Positions 53,751-63,787 of a stretch of DNA of 64,000 bases are shown piece after piece (position 1 is the first letter of the stretch; each line of letters starts with the position of its first letter). The notes below the pieces were generated by a model. That model was not told where the DNA came from. It saw nothing but the letters and a program-made list of their open reading frames with translations, and did not search any database. The DNA comes from an uncultured virus (IMG/VR IMGVR_UViG_3300034072_000228) (Duplodnaviria > Heunggongvirae > Uroviricota > Caudoviricetes), in the IMG/VR virus record IMGVR_UViG_3300034072_000228; one strand, given 5' to 3'. The position numbers and the translations under genes were made by a program.

Positions 53751-56700
53751 ATAAATCTCCCATCAGGGCGCCTATGCCATAGGGTAAATATGGATCTAAT
53801 GGGCGCAGGTAATTAGGATACGGCATTTGGAAACTTCCTGAAAGCTCAGGGGGCGGTACAACAGGCAATTCCCATGGGGGCGGTGGAGGTTGTGTTGGCG
53901 GTGTCGTAACAACTGGCGGAATAACCGGTGGATTTACTACCGGAGGCCTAACTACAGGACCTCCACCAGTTGGAACAGTTGCGGTGTTGATCGTTGTGTC
54001 AGGAACGCCCACTGTTGGAATTTGAAGATCTACAGGAGGCACTCCGCTGGTTGGGGGGCCAAGATCTATGGGCGGAACACCGCCGGGAGGAACAAGATCT
54101 GCCGGCGGGACGTCTCCGGTTGGTATTATTCCGCTAGGAGGGAATAGCTCACCAACAGGTGGTGATACCGATGTATTAATTGTCGAAATATTTAGATCTG
54201 GTGGTGGTATGTCTGGGAAGGGTATGGTATCAATTGGCGGGTATATGCCGCCCGGTGGTTGCAAACCTTCTGGCCGACTTTCTGTTTCTAATTCTAGTTT
54301 GATTGGCGTCCCGTACGCCTCCCCAGTTGCTCCGTTGAAAAATAAATCACCACCAACAACTGGTTTAATCCCTGAAATTCCTACAATTTGTGGGTTACCC
54401 ATACCTGTTGTAACAAAAGCAGTTTGATTCAACGGATCAATACTTTGCACAGTGCCGACTAAAATATCAGGCAACGCCGTGTTAATCGTGGTCTGTCCTG
54501 ATGCTGTATTTAACGGAACATATGACGGCATTTGCACCGTAGAAAGCGTGGAAGGACTCGTGACGGGAACATACTGCTGGAAGCCGTTTTCGTCTATTGT
54601 TTTTTGTACTTGTGTTGCTACACCCTCGCCCATAACAACCTGGCTGCCTGGATTCAACGACGTAGCGCTTGACACACTAGACGCCGGGACAAAAGCTAGT
54701 GTTCCGTTGTTTGTTATGACAATAGAGCCTTTGTCGTTTGACGACACGACCGTACCAATATCAATAGGCCCATTTAAAGCGTTGATATTGATAGATTCAG
54801 CCAGCTTGGTTGACAATAAAGCTGTTAAACCACCTGTATTTTGTAAAGCGGCTATTGCCTCTGGGTCGGCTTGAGTTAGCAAATTCAACGCATTATTTTG
54901 GATTTGCGTAGCATCAATCGTGTTAGGCGTTCCGTCGGCCATCGTTACATTGAATTTGTTCCCATCCAGATTAACGCTATTAACGGTATATCCTTGGCTT
55001 TCGTTATCAAAAACCAAGTCAAATATCGTTTCCGTTGGCAAGCTTATTGAAAACTCATTGTTTACCGGCCCTTTATCGTCGCCTACTACAGTTGCTGTTG
55101 GCTGGTTTGCAATAGACTCTAATAAGATTGGCTGACCTTGATTGTTTGTGATTGGCTTATTATCTGGGCCAGTAAGCAGACCAACGGTTTGTACTACTGG
55201 CGTGACATCCAAGACGTCCTCAATAGTCTTATCAAATCCTTTTCTTGACATTTCATCGGCGTACTCAATGGTTATTACCCCAAGATTTGCCGCTCTTGAT
55301 GCGGCATACGCACCCCCGCCAAGACCTAAAGCTATATTTGTTGCGCCAAATACGATCTCCATTTGAGATGCTACTAATTCTGCTAACTCTTGGGCGTTCT
55401 GTGGAGTTGTGTCTGTGATGCCATGAATCTTGTCATTGGCAATTTGTAGAGCCGTTGTAACACCCTCCGCCACCTGCTCTACACCGTTTATTTTGGCCCA
55501 AGTGCCAACCATGTCTTTAATTTGCTGCTTGCTTGCATTCGCAGGTAGGCTTGCGTACCCATTCACTAGGCTATCCCTTATTGCAACTGATGTGCCAGGA
55601 GCCGCGCCTTTTAAAGAGCTTAAAAGAAACTTATTTCCTACCCATTCGCCAATATATTCAGCAACACCAGAACCTAGAGTTCTTGTTAGATTGTCTACAT
55701 CTGACAAACCCCTAACTTGGCCGTCCCTAAACGTATCGTTCATTGCCACTATGGTCGGTGCTATTGCGCTTGACCAAGCGGTTCCCCCGCTTAATAAAAT
55801 TGATAAGCCAGAAAGAACGCCGGACGACACAGCAAGTGTTTTTTCTACATCAGGGCTTGTAGCAGCAATATTTCGTGCTGCAAAAAAGGCATCTCTTGAA
55901 GCCTCTCCAACGCGTTCCGCCGCTTCGGTTTGATTTAATCCACGAAGCACGCCTTCAACAAATGTTGCCCCGGTTCCTCCGACTGCCATAGCCATGTGGC
56001 CCAAACCGGCAAGATACGGACTTCCTGCTGCCGAGTAAGAATTTAACGGGGCTTCTGTTGGCTGTTTATAAGCCGCGCTAGTAGCTACGATTCCAGCACG
56101 CGTTGACATATCTGAAGCTCTTGCAGCAGCAATATTGTAGGCAGATGCGTTCAGTTGATTTGCAGAACCTGTTTTACTAATCAACTCATTAGCTGCTATT
56201 ACATAACTGCGATAGTCTTCTGGGTCTTTACCGCCCCCTGCCGCTTGGAATCCTTGTAACGTGTACATACCATTAGCTGCTCGCGCTTGCGGTACATCAG
56301 TCGAACCTGGGACTTCCACGCCCGTTGTAGGCGCCTTTGGCGATATTTCATTGCCTCTGTAATCGTAGGTTTTACCGTTAAGCTCGTATCCAGTTACTCC
56401 GCCTTTCGCATTCGTAATTAACGTAGCTTCTTTTGATATTCTGTACTCATTACCTTGGGCGTCTTTCAATACTGTTTTTCCTAGATCACCCTCATAAAAC
56501 TTACCACCATAGCTAAATGAGGCACCTTTTCCGTATGCTAATTCAGCCATCTCCCTAGCTTGCTCAAGCGTCGGTGCACGATCAATCAGCATGGCTTCTA
56601 GCTGGGCTTGATTGAGGTTGTAGTAATCCAAGGCACCTGTTCTTTGCGCCTCTCTTATTTGCGCAATCGCATCTTTATTGGCAAGCTGGCCAACACCCGT

Positions 56701-59700
56701 ATCTTCTGCCTCTGTACCGGCCATCTTTGAAAGCGCCGCCGGATCTCCGCTAATCAGCGCCTGTGCAAACTGAAGTGCGTTGTCATATCCGGCATATTCA
56801 TCAACACCAGTGACCGGTTTTGACATATCCGTTGAAATCATCTCACCGGGAGGTCTAACAATCCCCGTCGTTGCCACTTCGCTACCAAGTTCGGTCTCGT
56901 TAATGTCCCTAAATAACGCCTCACCTTGGATGGTTTCAGTCCTTGGTGTACTCGTTAACACCTCTTTCTGTACAGTATCCAAACCAGATAGATCAACAGC
57001 CGGGGGCTTTTGTGCGGTATTTGTAGCAGCAGCAGTTGATAAACTCTGGAAAACGTCCTGATTTCTCATGACAAAATTAACAACGCCCGCCGGGTTTTGT
57101 GCAAGGCTCGCTATATTTTTGCCTCCAGAAGCCACCGTTTCAATCAAAAGCCTTGCTTGAGGTGCTGTAAGCGCACCACCACTTGCGTCAACAATTGTGC
57201 CGATGACCGTAGGCTTAACACCTGCCAAAGCCATTTGACCTAAATCTATCTCACCCGTAGATATAAGTTGCGTTACAGCATTACCCACCGCGCTAGAAAC
57301 TCCAGTAGGCAACCCAGTAGTAATCGAATTAACCGCATTGGCCGTTAACTGACCCATGACAGGCGCAACACCGCCGGTTATGAAACCTTTCTCAAAATCA
57401 CCGCCGGTTAATTCAGATACCGTACCGTTGTATATGCCATTCACAATAGCCGTGGCCGCATAACCAGCCACTGAAGCAGGTATGCCCGCCGCCATCAGTG
57501 ATCCTGTTAGACCCGTCCCGCCAAGAGCGGCCTGAGCTACAGCACCCTCTACACCAGCAACAGCCGCCGGTGCCGCCCCAATCAGTTGTGGAAGTATCTG
57601 TGGCGCAAGGATTGATGCGCCAAATGCAACCAATGTTGATATTGTCTTTTTGTCTGATGTATCTGTAAACGTCGTGCCAAATACAGGCTTACCAGAATCA
57701 TCAACTGAGAAGCTATATACAGTTCCGCCTTTTCCAGTATAAGTTGCTCCTAAGCTTGGCGCCTCTTCACCAGTCTCTGGATCGATTAACTTGGTAACTT
57801 TGGTTTCGGTTGGCGGGCCGGCCTCTACGTTGTAATCAAGCTCAGTTACTTCAGTAGGCTTGTACTTGCTTAGTTCTGATACATCCTTAATACCAGCGTT
57901 CAACAAACCTCTCGCAATATCAATTGCCACCTGGTCAAATGTCGTGGGCTCCTTACCCTCTGGGAATAGCTTCTTGGCTTCGTTGTAATCAAAGCCAACG
58001 CTTTCACCAGATGTTTTATAAACACCGCCGCTTGAGTTTTTGAGGTCAAAGTTTTGCTTGACTTGATTTGCAAGGTTTAACAAATCATTTGCCGAGTACT
58101 GCTTTCCTTTGTAATCAGTCAACTTGACATCGCTAAGGCCTGTTTTGAACTCCTCTTCCTTAACGTAATTTTGCAGCCCAGTTAATAGATCTGAACGCTT
58201 ATCTTCTGTGCCAATGTAATTGACCACATTGGATAAATCCATGTTGTTTTTCGATGCAAAATCAACAATCTCACTGTATGAAAGCTGCTTATCTTCACCG
58301 GCAGCTGTTTGTAAACCTTCAATAATTGGCTTGTCAGCCACGTACTTCTGCAAACCTGCTAATAGTTCGGGCTGTTTATCTGCCGCACCTATGTATTTAA
58401 CTATATCCTCAAGCGTAAAGTTATTAGCAGTCGTGTAATTAAGTATCTCGTCATACGATAATTGTTTATCAGACCCGGCAGCTGTTTGTAGCCCCTCGGA
58501 TATTTGTTTATCAGTATTGTATTTTGTTAATGCTTCTGGCGTTACATTAATTGCCTTGGCTACATCTGCAATAGGTATTTTGTTTTGATTCGCATATTCC
58601 AGGGCCGCATCAAATGTTATTTTTCCGTCTTTATCTGCAAAAGTCTTAAGGCCGTTAAGTATTGATTCTGTTGTTGGCGCAGCAGTTGTTTTAACTGGCT
58701 CTTCCGCTATTGCCTTTCCTGCCGTGCTTATTCGATTCCATTGATTATATCCAACCGGTCCAACCGCTTTTTCAAATAAAGTTTGAATTTGCGAGTCTGA
58801 TAGACCTTTTGATAAAAGTCTTGCGTATTCCTTGCCCCAAGCTTGTTCAGATGTTTGTGTTTCCGTCCATTCGCTCGGTCCGGTGCTAGGTGCGGTACTT
58901 GCAGGAGGTGTAGTAGTTTTCTGGCTTAAAAAGTCACTAACTTCCTGTACCGTATAGCCAGTAGCACTTGCGAGTTGTTCGTTGGTTACACCGTATTGAT
59001 TTTTGTAGTTGTTTATCTCAACAGACTTCTGAGCATCTGTAAGGTCCGTCCGCTTCATAATGCCTTGCGTGAAGGCTTGCATATAGATCGGACTTTTATA
59101 ATCTATGACGGGTGTTCCCTGCTCCTTAACAGTTGCCACGGTTGACGTTGGCGTAGCTTGTGGATAGGCTTTTATTGATTGAGCACCCGTCCAATTCCCG
59201 TACTCGTCTTTTCCAAAAATGCGATTGATCTGATCGTATTCTGCTGGCGTACTTGCGTAATACCTTGCGTATCCAGCAAGCTCCTCCATGGTCATACCAA
59301 GCGCTGCGGCACTCTCACCTTCGCTTAATTCATTCCTCTCTATCCTGTCCATGACTGCTTTGACCGCAGCCTTTGGGTCAGTCCCCACTCTTCCAAAGAA
59401 ATCACCCTTGACCGAGTCCATTTGGACTTGGTTCATTCTTTCTTCTTTGGTATACGGCATCCCAGTTACAGGATCTCTGCCGTAAGGTGCATTTGCGTTC
59501 AAGTTTGCCTGCTCCGCTGTTAGTGCGGCAAACTCATTAAGCGCGCCTTTGTGGATTATCTGTTTTCCATCCACGCCTTCTACTAAAACATAGTTACTTC
59601 TGTCATCAAGAATTTTTTGTATATCGCTTGGTGATATACCAGTAGCATGTGATGCAAACCCTATTAAATCGCTATCCGATAACCCATACTCTCTTTGTAT

Positions 59701-62226
59701 GTTTAATAATCTAGCGCTATCTGAATAAAGCCATTTTTGGGCATCTTCATTTAATAAATAATCCGATCTGATGGTACTTAATATACCAAGCGCGTTCCTT
59801 TGCTGCGGCGTCAGTTTTTCTGGATCATATCCATAGTACCCATCCTTGACGTAGGTACTGTGCATCTCACTGTAAGGTATATCTGTACCCTCTACAAATG
59901 TACCGAATTTACCGCCAGCCTCCTCAAACTTTCTTTGATTATCTAGCAGCGTTGCAACTTTAGAACCAGCGTCAGGATCGTAAAAGTATTGACCCTGACT
60001 TGATCCAACAGCACGTATTGGTTTACCTGTTACGGGGTCATATCCAACAAAAGAACTAATGCGATATAACTCGTTTACATTTTCGCCTGTTATTGGCTTG
60101 CCTGATACATCTAAAAAGACTGTGTTCGCAGCAGCTTCCGCATCTGACTGACGACTGCCAATAACACTTCCCAATAGTTGCTGCGTCGTCATCCCTGGCT
60201 GATACAAGTTCGCAATCTCAGCTTGAGCTCCATAGCTTGTACCTAGTCCGGCCTTGGTGTAAGCGCTTATAAATGCTTGCTTATCTGCCTCTGGTATTTC
60301 ATTAAACCTGGTTCTGTCGTATGCGCTATCCGCTAGCGCCGCATCTAATTCATAAAGCCCTGTAGCGTCTGAACTTGTTAGGTAATTCTGTATTGCCTGC
60401 TCTCGGCTAATAGGATTTAAAAGCCTAGATACTTGATCGTCTGAGAAACCCGTGGCGGTTGCTAAATCTTTTTCGGATAACTTGTTTTGCTGTAAATACG
60501 TTTTAATGCTTGCCGCTTGCTCACCTATATTTTTGTCTTCGCTTGCAAGCACTCCATTAACAAATGTCTTAAGCTGATTTAATTCTTTGCCTGTTTTATA
60601 CTCTGTAATTGTATTTGCATTTACACCTAAATAAGTAGCCAACTCATCAATCGTCATATCCCTATCGTCAGCAAAATCGAGTGCTGCGTCATAGGTAATT
60701 TTCCCGCTTGAATCGGCTAAGGCATTTAACCCTGTCCTGATACTTGAATCTTTTACATAATCGGTGATTGCTTTTGGTGTTACGCCTAAATAACCTGCTA
60801 GCTGGTCATTACTTAGGTTATTTGTTCTTGCGTAATCAAGAGCTGCATCAAAACTAATCTTGCCATCAGTTCCGGCAAGTGCATTTAATCCGTCACGAAT
60901 ATCGGTCGTATTAATTGATTGCGTAACCTTATCTGCCGCAATCCCAAACATGCTGTTTAGTGACTTACTGGGGTCAATCCCGTTGTCTCTTAGGTTGTCA
61001 GCAATATAGTCCAAATTGCTTGACACCAAACTTGACATCTCAGCTGGCGTTTTGCCAAAGAACTTAGCTAAATTCTCTGGGGATACCTGACCTTGAGATG
61101 CCGCTCTGATCGCATCCGCAAGATCTACTGACGTTACATCCTTACCGTCAACCTTTTTTGTTGTGGCTAGCCTATTTAACGCTAACCTGTCGTCTTCATA
61201 ATTTAGGCTGTCAACAATCTGCTGCGGCGTTGTGTCTTTGAATTTACCTTCTAGCGCATTAGCAACTGCTTGAAATGACAGATTGTTGTTGTTTGCGTAG
61301 TTAACAAGCGCTTCATAAGTAATGGAGCCGGATGTCGGTATGAGCGCTGTTATTTCAGAAACTATCGTGTCTTTTGTTTTTCCAGAAGCAGCATACTGTT
61401 TGTTTACACGCGTGTACTCGCTCTCTGGCAAACCCATCGCCTGTTCATACTCGGCAATTGCTTTTGGTGTTGCTGCAAGTGTTGATTTTGCTTGAACTGC
61501 TTCGTATCCGCCGTATTGATTAAATTCACTTGTCGGTACACCTCCAGTCATCGCCCTATACATTAGGTCGTTAGCGATCCCTGTAGTGACAGTAGGGGGT
61601 GGTGGCGGTGGTGGCGGTGGTGGCGGTGGAGCTTTATTAATACGCGTGTATTCGCTCTCCGGAAGGCCCATCGCTTTTTCATATGCAGCGATTGAATTGG
61701 GTGTCTCTGTAAGCGTTGATTTTGCGCGTAAAGCATCCCACCCGCCGTATCTATCAAGCTCACTTGTCGGCACGCCTCCTCCGACCATCATCCTATACAT
61801 TAGGTCGTTGGCAATATCTACCGTTAGCGTTGGGGGTGGCGGAGGCGGCGGCGGAGGCGGCGGCGGCGGAGGCGGCGGAGGTGGAGGTGGAGGTGGAGGT
61901 GGAGGTGGAGGTGGAGGTGGAGGTGGAGGTGGAGGTGGAGGGGGTGGAGGTGGCGGTGGAGGTGTTTGGGCAGCGATACGAGCAGCTTCTTGGTCAACTG
62001 CTGCTTGCCGCTCAGCCAAAAGTCTGGCGGCTTCTTGTTCGGCGGCCTGTCTATCAGCCGCCAGAATAGCTTGGTAAGTTGCGTCTAATTGTTTTTGTGA
62101 TTCGTTTACATTGTTTAAAGACGCAGCCGCCTGTGGACTATTTGCGCCAAAATATTCAACTGCTAAAAAATACGTCCCAATAGCAGAGTTGAGAGAATTT
62201 TGGGCTATTTCTAACGAAGACGCCAT
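53677..62226 (-). CDS. Giant (2849 aa) repeat-containing protein of unknown function
   Basis: Uninterrupted 8.5-kb ORF co-oriented with the late genes; poly-Pro runs and internal repeats. Confidence 0.85.
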   Translation of the reverse strand: MASSLEIAQNSLNSAIGTYFLAVEYFGANSPQAAASLNNVNESQKQLDATYQAILAADRQAAEQEAARLLAERQAAVDQEAARIAAQTPPPPPPPPPPPPPPPPPPPPPPPPPPPPPPPPPPPPPPPPPPPPTLTVDIANDLMYRMMVGGGVPTSELDRYGGWDALRAKSTLTETPNSIAAYEKAMGLPESEYTRINKAPPPPPPPPPPPPTVTTGIANDLMYRAMTGGVPTSEFNQYGGYEAVQAKSTLAATPKAIAEYEQAMGLPESEYTRVNKQYAASGKTKDTIVSEITALIPTSGSITYEALVNYANNNNLSFQAVANALEGKFKDTTPQQIVDSLNYEDDRLALNRLATTKKVDGKDVTSVDLADAIRAASQGQVSPENLAKFFGKTPAEMSSLVSSNLDYIADNLRDNGIDPSKSLNSMFGIAADKVTQSINTTDIRDGLNALAGTDGKISFDAALDYARTNNLSNDQLAGYLGVTPKAITDYVKDSSIRTGLNALADSSGKITYDAALDFADDRDMTIDELATYLGVNANTITEYKTGKELNQLKTFVNGVLASEDKNIGEQAASIKTYLQQNKLSEKDLATATGFSDDQVSRLLNPISREQAIQNYLTSSDATGLYELDAALADSAYDRTRFNEIPEADKQAFISAYTKAGLGTSYGAQAEIANLYQPGMTTQQLLGSVIGSRQSDAEAAANTVFLDVSGKPITGENVNELYRISSFVGYDPVTGKPIRAVGSSQGQYFYDPDAGSKVATLLDNQRKFEEAGGKFGTFVEGTDIPYSEMHSTYVKDGYYGYDPEKLTPQQRNALGILSTIRSDYLLNEDAQKWLYSDSARLLNIQREYGLSDSDLIGFASHATGISPSDIQKILDDRSNYVLVEGVDGKQIIHKGALNEFAALTAEQANLNANAPYGRDPVTGMPYTKEERMNQVQMDSVKGDFFGRVGTDPKAAVKAVMDRIERNELSEGESAAALGMTMEELAGYARYYASTPAEYDQINRIFGKDEYGNWTGAQSIKAYPQATPTSTVATVKEQGTPVIDYKSPIYMQAFTQGIMKRTDLTDAQKSVEINNYKNQYGVTNEQLASATGYTVQEVSDFLSQKTTTPPASTAPSTGPSEWTETQTSEQAWGKEYARLLSKGLSDSQIQTLFEKAVGPVGYNQWNRISTAGKAIAEEPVKTTAAPTTESILNGLKTFADKDGKITFDAALEYANQNKIPIADVAKAINVTPEALTKYNTDKQISEGLQTAAGSDKQLSYDEILNYTTANNFTLEDIVKYIGAADKQPELLAGLQKYVADKPIIEGLQTAAGEDKQLSYSEIVDFASKNNMDLSNVVNYIGTEDKRSDLLTGLQNYVKEEEFKTGLSDVKLTDYKGKQYSANDLLNLANQVKQNFDLKNSSGGVYKTSGESVGFDYNEAKKLFPEGKEPTTFDQVAIDIARGLLNAGIKDVSELSKYKPTEVTELDYNVEAGPPTETKVTKLIDPETGEEAPSLGATYTGKGGTVYSFSVDDSGKPVFGTTFTDTSDKKTISTLVAFGASILAPQILPQLIGAAPAAVAGVEGAVAQAALGGTGLTGSLMAAGIPASVAGYAATAIVNGIYNGTVSELTGGDFEKGFITGGVAPVMGQLTANAVNSITTGLPTGVSSAVGNAVTQLISTGEIDLGQMALAGVKPTVIGTIVDASGGALTAPQARLLIETVASGGKNIASLAQNPAGVVNFVMRNQDVFQSLSTAAATNTAQKPPAVDLSGLDTVQKEVLTSTPRTETIQGEALFRDINETELGSEVATTGIVRPPGEMISTDMSKPVTGVDEYAGYDNALQFAQALISGDPAALSKMAGTEAEDTGVGQLANKDAIAQIREAQRTGALDYYNLNQAQLEAMLIDRAPTLEQAREMAELAYGKGASFSYGGKFYEGDLGKTVLKDAQGNEYRISKEATLITNAKGGVTGYELNGKTYDYRGNEISPKAPTTGVEVPGSTDVPQARAANGMYTLQGFQAAGGGKDPEDYRSYVIAANELISKTGSANQLNASAYNIAAARASDMSTRAGIVATSAAYKQPTEAPLNSYSAAGSPYLAGLGHMAMAVGGTGATFVEGVLRGLNQTEAAERVGEASRDAFFAARNIAATSPDVEKTLAVSSGVLSGLSILLSGGTAWSSAIAPTIVAMNDTFRDGQVRGLSDVDNLTRTLGSGVAEYIGEWVGNKFLLSSLKGAAPGTSVAIRDSLVNGYASLPANASKQQIKDMVGTWAKINGVEQVAEGVTTALQIANDKIHGITDTTPQNAQELAELVASQMEIVFGATNIALGLGGGAYAASRAANLGVITIEYADEMSRKGFDKTIEDVLDVTPVVQTVGLLTGPDNKPITNNQGQPILLESIANQPTATVVGDDKGPVNNEFSISLPTETIFDLVFDNESQGYTVNSVNLDGNKFNVTMADGTPNTIDATQIQNNALNLLTQADPEAIAALQNTGGLTALLSTKLAESININALNGPIDIGTVVSSNDKGSIVITNNGTLAFVPASSVSSATSLNPGSQVVMGEGVATQVQKTIDENGFQQYVPVTSPSTLSTVQMPSYVPLNTASGQTTINTALPDILVGTVQSIDPLNQTAFVTTGMGNPQIVGISGIKPVVGGDLFFNGATGEAYGTPIKLELETESRPEGLQPPGGIYPPIDTIPFPDIPPPDLNISTINTSVSPPVGELFPPSGIIPTGDVPPADLVPPGGVPPIDLGPPTSGVPPVDLQIPTVGVPDTTINTATVPTGGGPVVRPPVVNPPVIPPVVTTPPTQPPPPPWELPVVPPPELSGSFQMPYPNYLRPLDPYLPYGIGALMGDLYDEKQGNGGYQPFQNAQGQIKIPT
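61831..61962 (-). repeat. Poly-CCN tract encoding 44 consecutive prolines
   Basis: 132 nt of Pro codons, including (GGAGGT)n on the plus strand; a second run of 12 Pro at 61594-61629. Confidence 0.9.
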
Positions 62227-62240
62227 CGTTCAACCAACTA

Positions 62241-62531
62241 TTAAGCGCAACCGCCTTTGTTCATCTTGACCATCTTTCCCTTGGTCTTTCCTTTTGTAGC
62301 TACACCATTGATACTAGGCGCGGCTGTTTTTACAGCACCCATTTTCTTGGGCATGACCGCACCACCATCTTTATAGCCAGCCATCTTCTTTGCAGGTTTC
62401 TTTTCCATTGATCTTTGCTCCGATAGTCCAATTGCAATCGCTTGCTTAGGGTTAGTTACTTTCTGGCCCGAGGAAGACTTAAGTTTACCTTCCTTGAACT
62501 CTTTCATTACGACGCCTACCTTGTCTTTCAT
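62241..62531 (-). CDS. Small basic virion-region protein
   Basis: KV..VM.EFK.GKL.SSSG.KVTNPKQAIAI.LSE; YKDGG and MNKGG. Confidence 0.75.
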   Translation of the reverse strand: MKDKVGVVMKEFKEGKLKSSSGQKVTNPKQAIAIGLSEQRSMEKKPAKKMAGYKDGGAVMPKKMGAVKTAAPSINGVATKGKTKGKMVKMNKGGCA

Positions 62532-63481
62532 ATATACCTTCCGCGGGTCTTGCCACGCTTTGCAATACCATCACCACGGCTAGAAGCAGATCCTACCTTA
62601 CCGCCGCGCTTCATACCCATCTCAATCACATCATCACTACGGCTGGATCCGCCAAGCTGTCTACGCTTATTAGCTTGTGTCTCAAGCCTTGCTTTACCCA
62701 TGTTCTTTTCAAATGGAAGCCGACCGCGTGGTGACTCTAACTGAGGCATGGACTCACGGCGCTTTACCAAGTCCTTCCCTTTGGCGGCAAGTTCTCCACC
62801 TCTTGTAGCCAAATCACCGCCACGGATAGCTACCTCAGCACTCTTTGCAGCTTTTTGTGGTACCGTAAGAGCTTTTGCCGCCTCCTGCGGAATCCTTGGC
62901 TCAACCCTGGCTTTTGCTGCTTGCGGTGCTAGCTTAGCTGCTAGTCCAGCCCCGGCAGCTTTTAGACCCTTCAATAACGGTCCACCTACAAGATTCATCT
63001 CTGGCGTCACGCGCTCAATGGGCTTGTCATAAGCTTTCAGCCGCTCAATCTCAGCCTTTACATCTTTCTTATCAGAAGGTTTGATCTCTGCTTTAGGCGC
63101 TGCTTTAGGTGCCGCCCTAGGAGTTTCTGCCTTTACCGCGGGTTTTGTTGCAGTCTTTGTAGGCGCACGGCTAAATCCTGCTGTGCTTGGCTCAACTAAC
63201 TCTGTATCACCTTTTGCCTCTATACGGGGTTTAGTCATGATAGGGCTAGGCGTGGCAACACTTGTTTCGGCCCGTGGGCCTCTTAGCATCGCCTGGTCCA
63301 TGGCCGCAGCATCTCGTGCCTCGCGCATGGCAATTCCCATGGCACGGTCTTTGTCTGCGCCACCTGACATTACCGCTTCACCAGAACTAGAGCGAACAAT
63401 CTCTCCGCTGCTATCCCTTAGCGGCTCCCGATCAATATCCGGAATATCACCGCCCTCTTGGAACCGCCTGCGCTTCTTCAT
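62528..63481 (-). CDS. Ala/Lys-rich virion-region protein
   Basis: FQEGG and MKRGG; C-terminal RGDGIAKRGKTRG. Confidence 0.75.
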   Translation of the reverse strand: MKKRRRFQEGGDIPDIDREPLRDSSGEIVRSSSGEAVMSGGADKDRAMGIAMREARDAAAMDQAMLRGPRAETSVATPSPIMTKPRIEAKGDTELVEPSTAGFSRAPTKTATKPAVKAETPRAAPKAAPKAEIKPSDKKDVKAEIERLKAYDKPIERVTPEMNLVGGPLLKGLKAAGAGLAAKLAPQAAKARVEPRIPQEAAKALTVPQKAAKSAEVAIRGGDLATRGGELAAKGKDLVKRRESMPQLESPRGRLPFEKNMGKARLETQANKRRQLGGSSRSDDVIEMGMKRGGKVGSASSRGDGIAKRGKTRGRYI

Positions 63482-63484
63482 ACT

Positions 63485-63527
63485 ACCCCCTACTTTAGTA
63501 GCAAATTCCGCCCATGGGCGGAATTAC
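63485..63527 (-). repeat. Dispersed 43-bp element, copy 4 (inverted relative to copies 1-3)
   Basis: Minus strand GT-AATTCCGCCCATGGGCGGAATT-TGCTACTAAAGTAGGGGGT; fills the intergenic gap. Confidence 0.9.
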
Positions 63528-63787
63528 TTCATCTTGATCATCGTGCCTTTGGTCTTACCGCGCTTTGCACATCCATCAGCAGCGGTTACATAGCCACCAT
63601 TCTTGAACATCTTGCCAAGGTTGGGACGCTTGTCTAGCTTACGCAGCTTCTCATCTTCCATCTGCTGCTGCATAGCACCGCTTTCTTTGACCGTGGGGAC
63701 GGTATCAAAGTTAGGGTTGTAAATGGAATCGCCGTGGTAACCACGGCCTTGACGAGGGTCATCTCTATTCATTCTTGCCATGGTCAT
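63524..63787 (-). CDS. Small virion-region protein
   Basis: FKNGG; C-terminal ADGCAKRGKTKG; its 5' end is repeated at 1-88. Confidence 0.75.
   Translation of the reverse strand: MTMARMNRDDPRQGRGYHGDSIYNPNFDTVPTVKESGAMQQQMEDEKLRKLDKRPNLGKMFKNGGYVTAADGCAKRGKTKGTMIKMK

Noticed and set aside
61586..62077. Poly-Gly and (EV)n plus-strand ORFs
   Set aside because: Antisense readings of the poly-Pro tract
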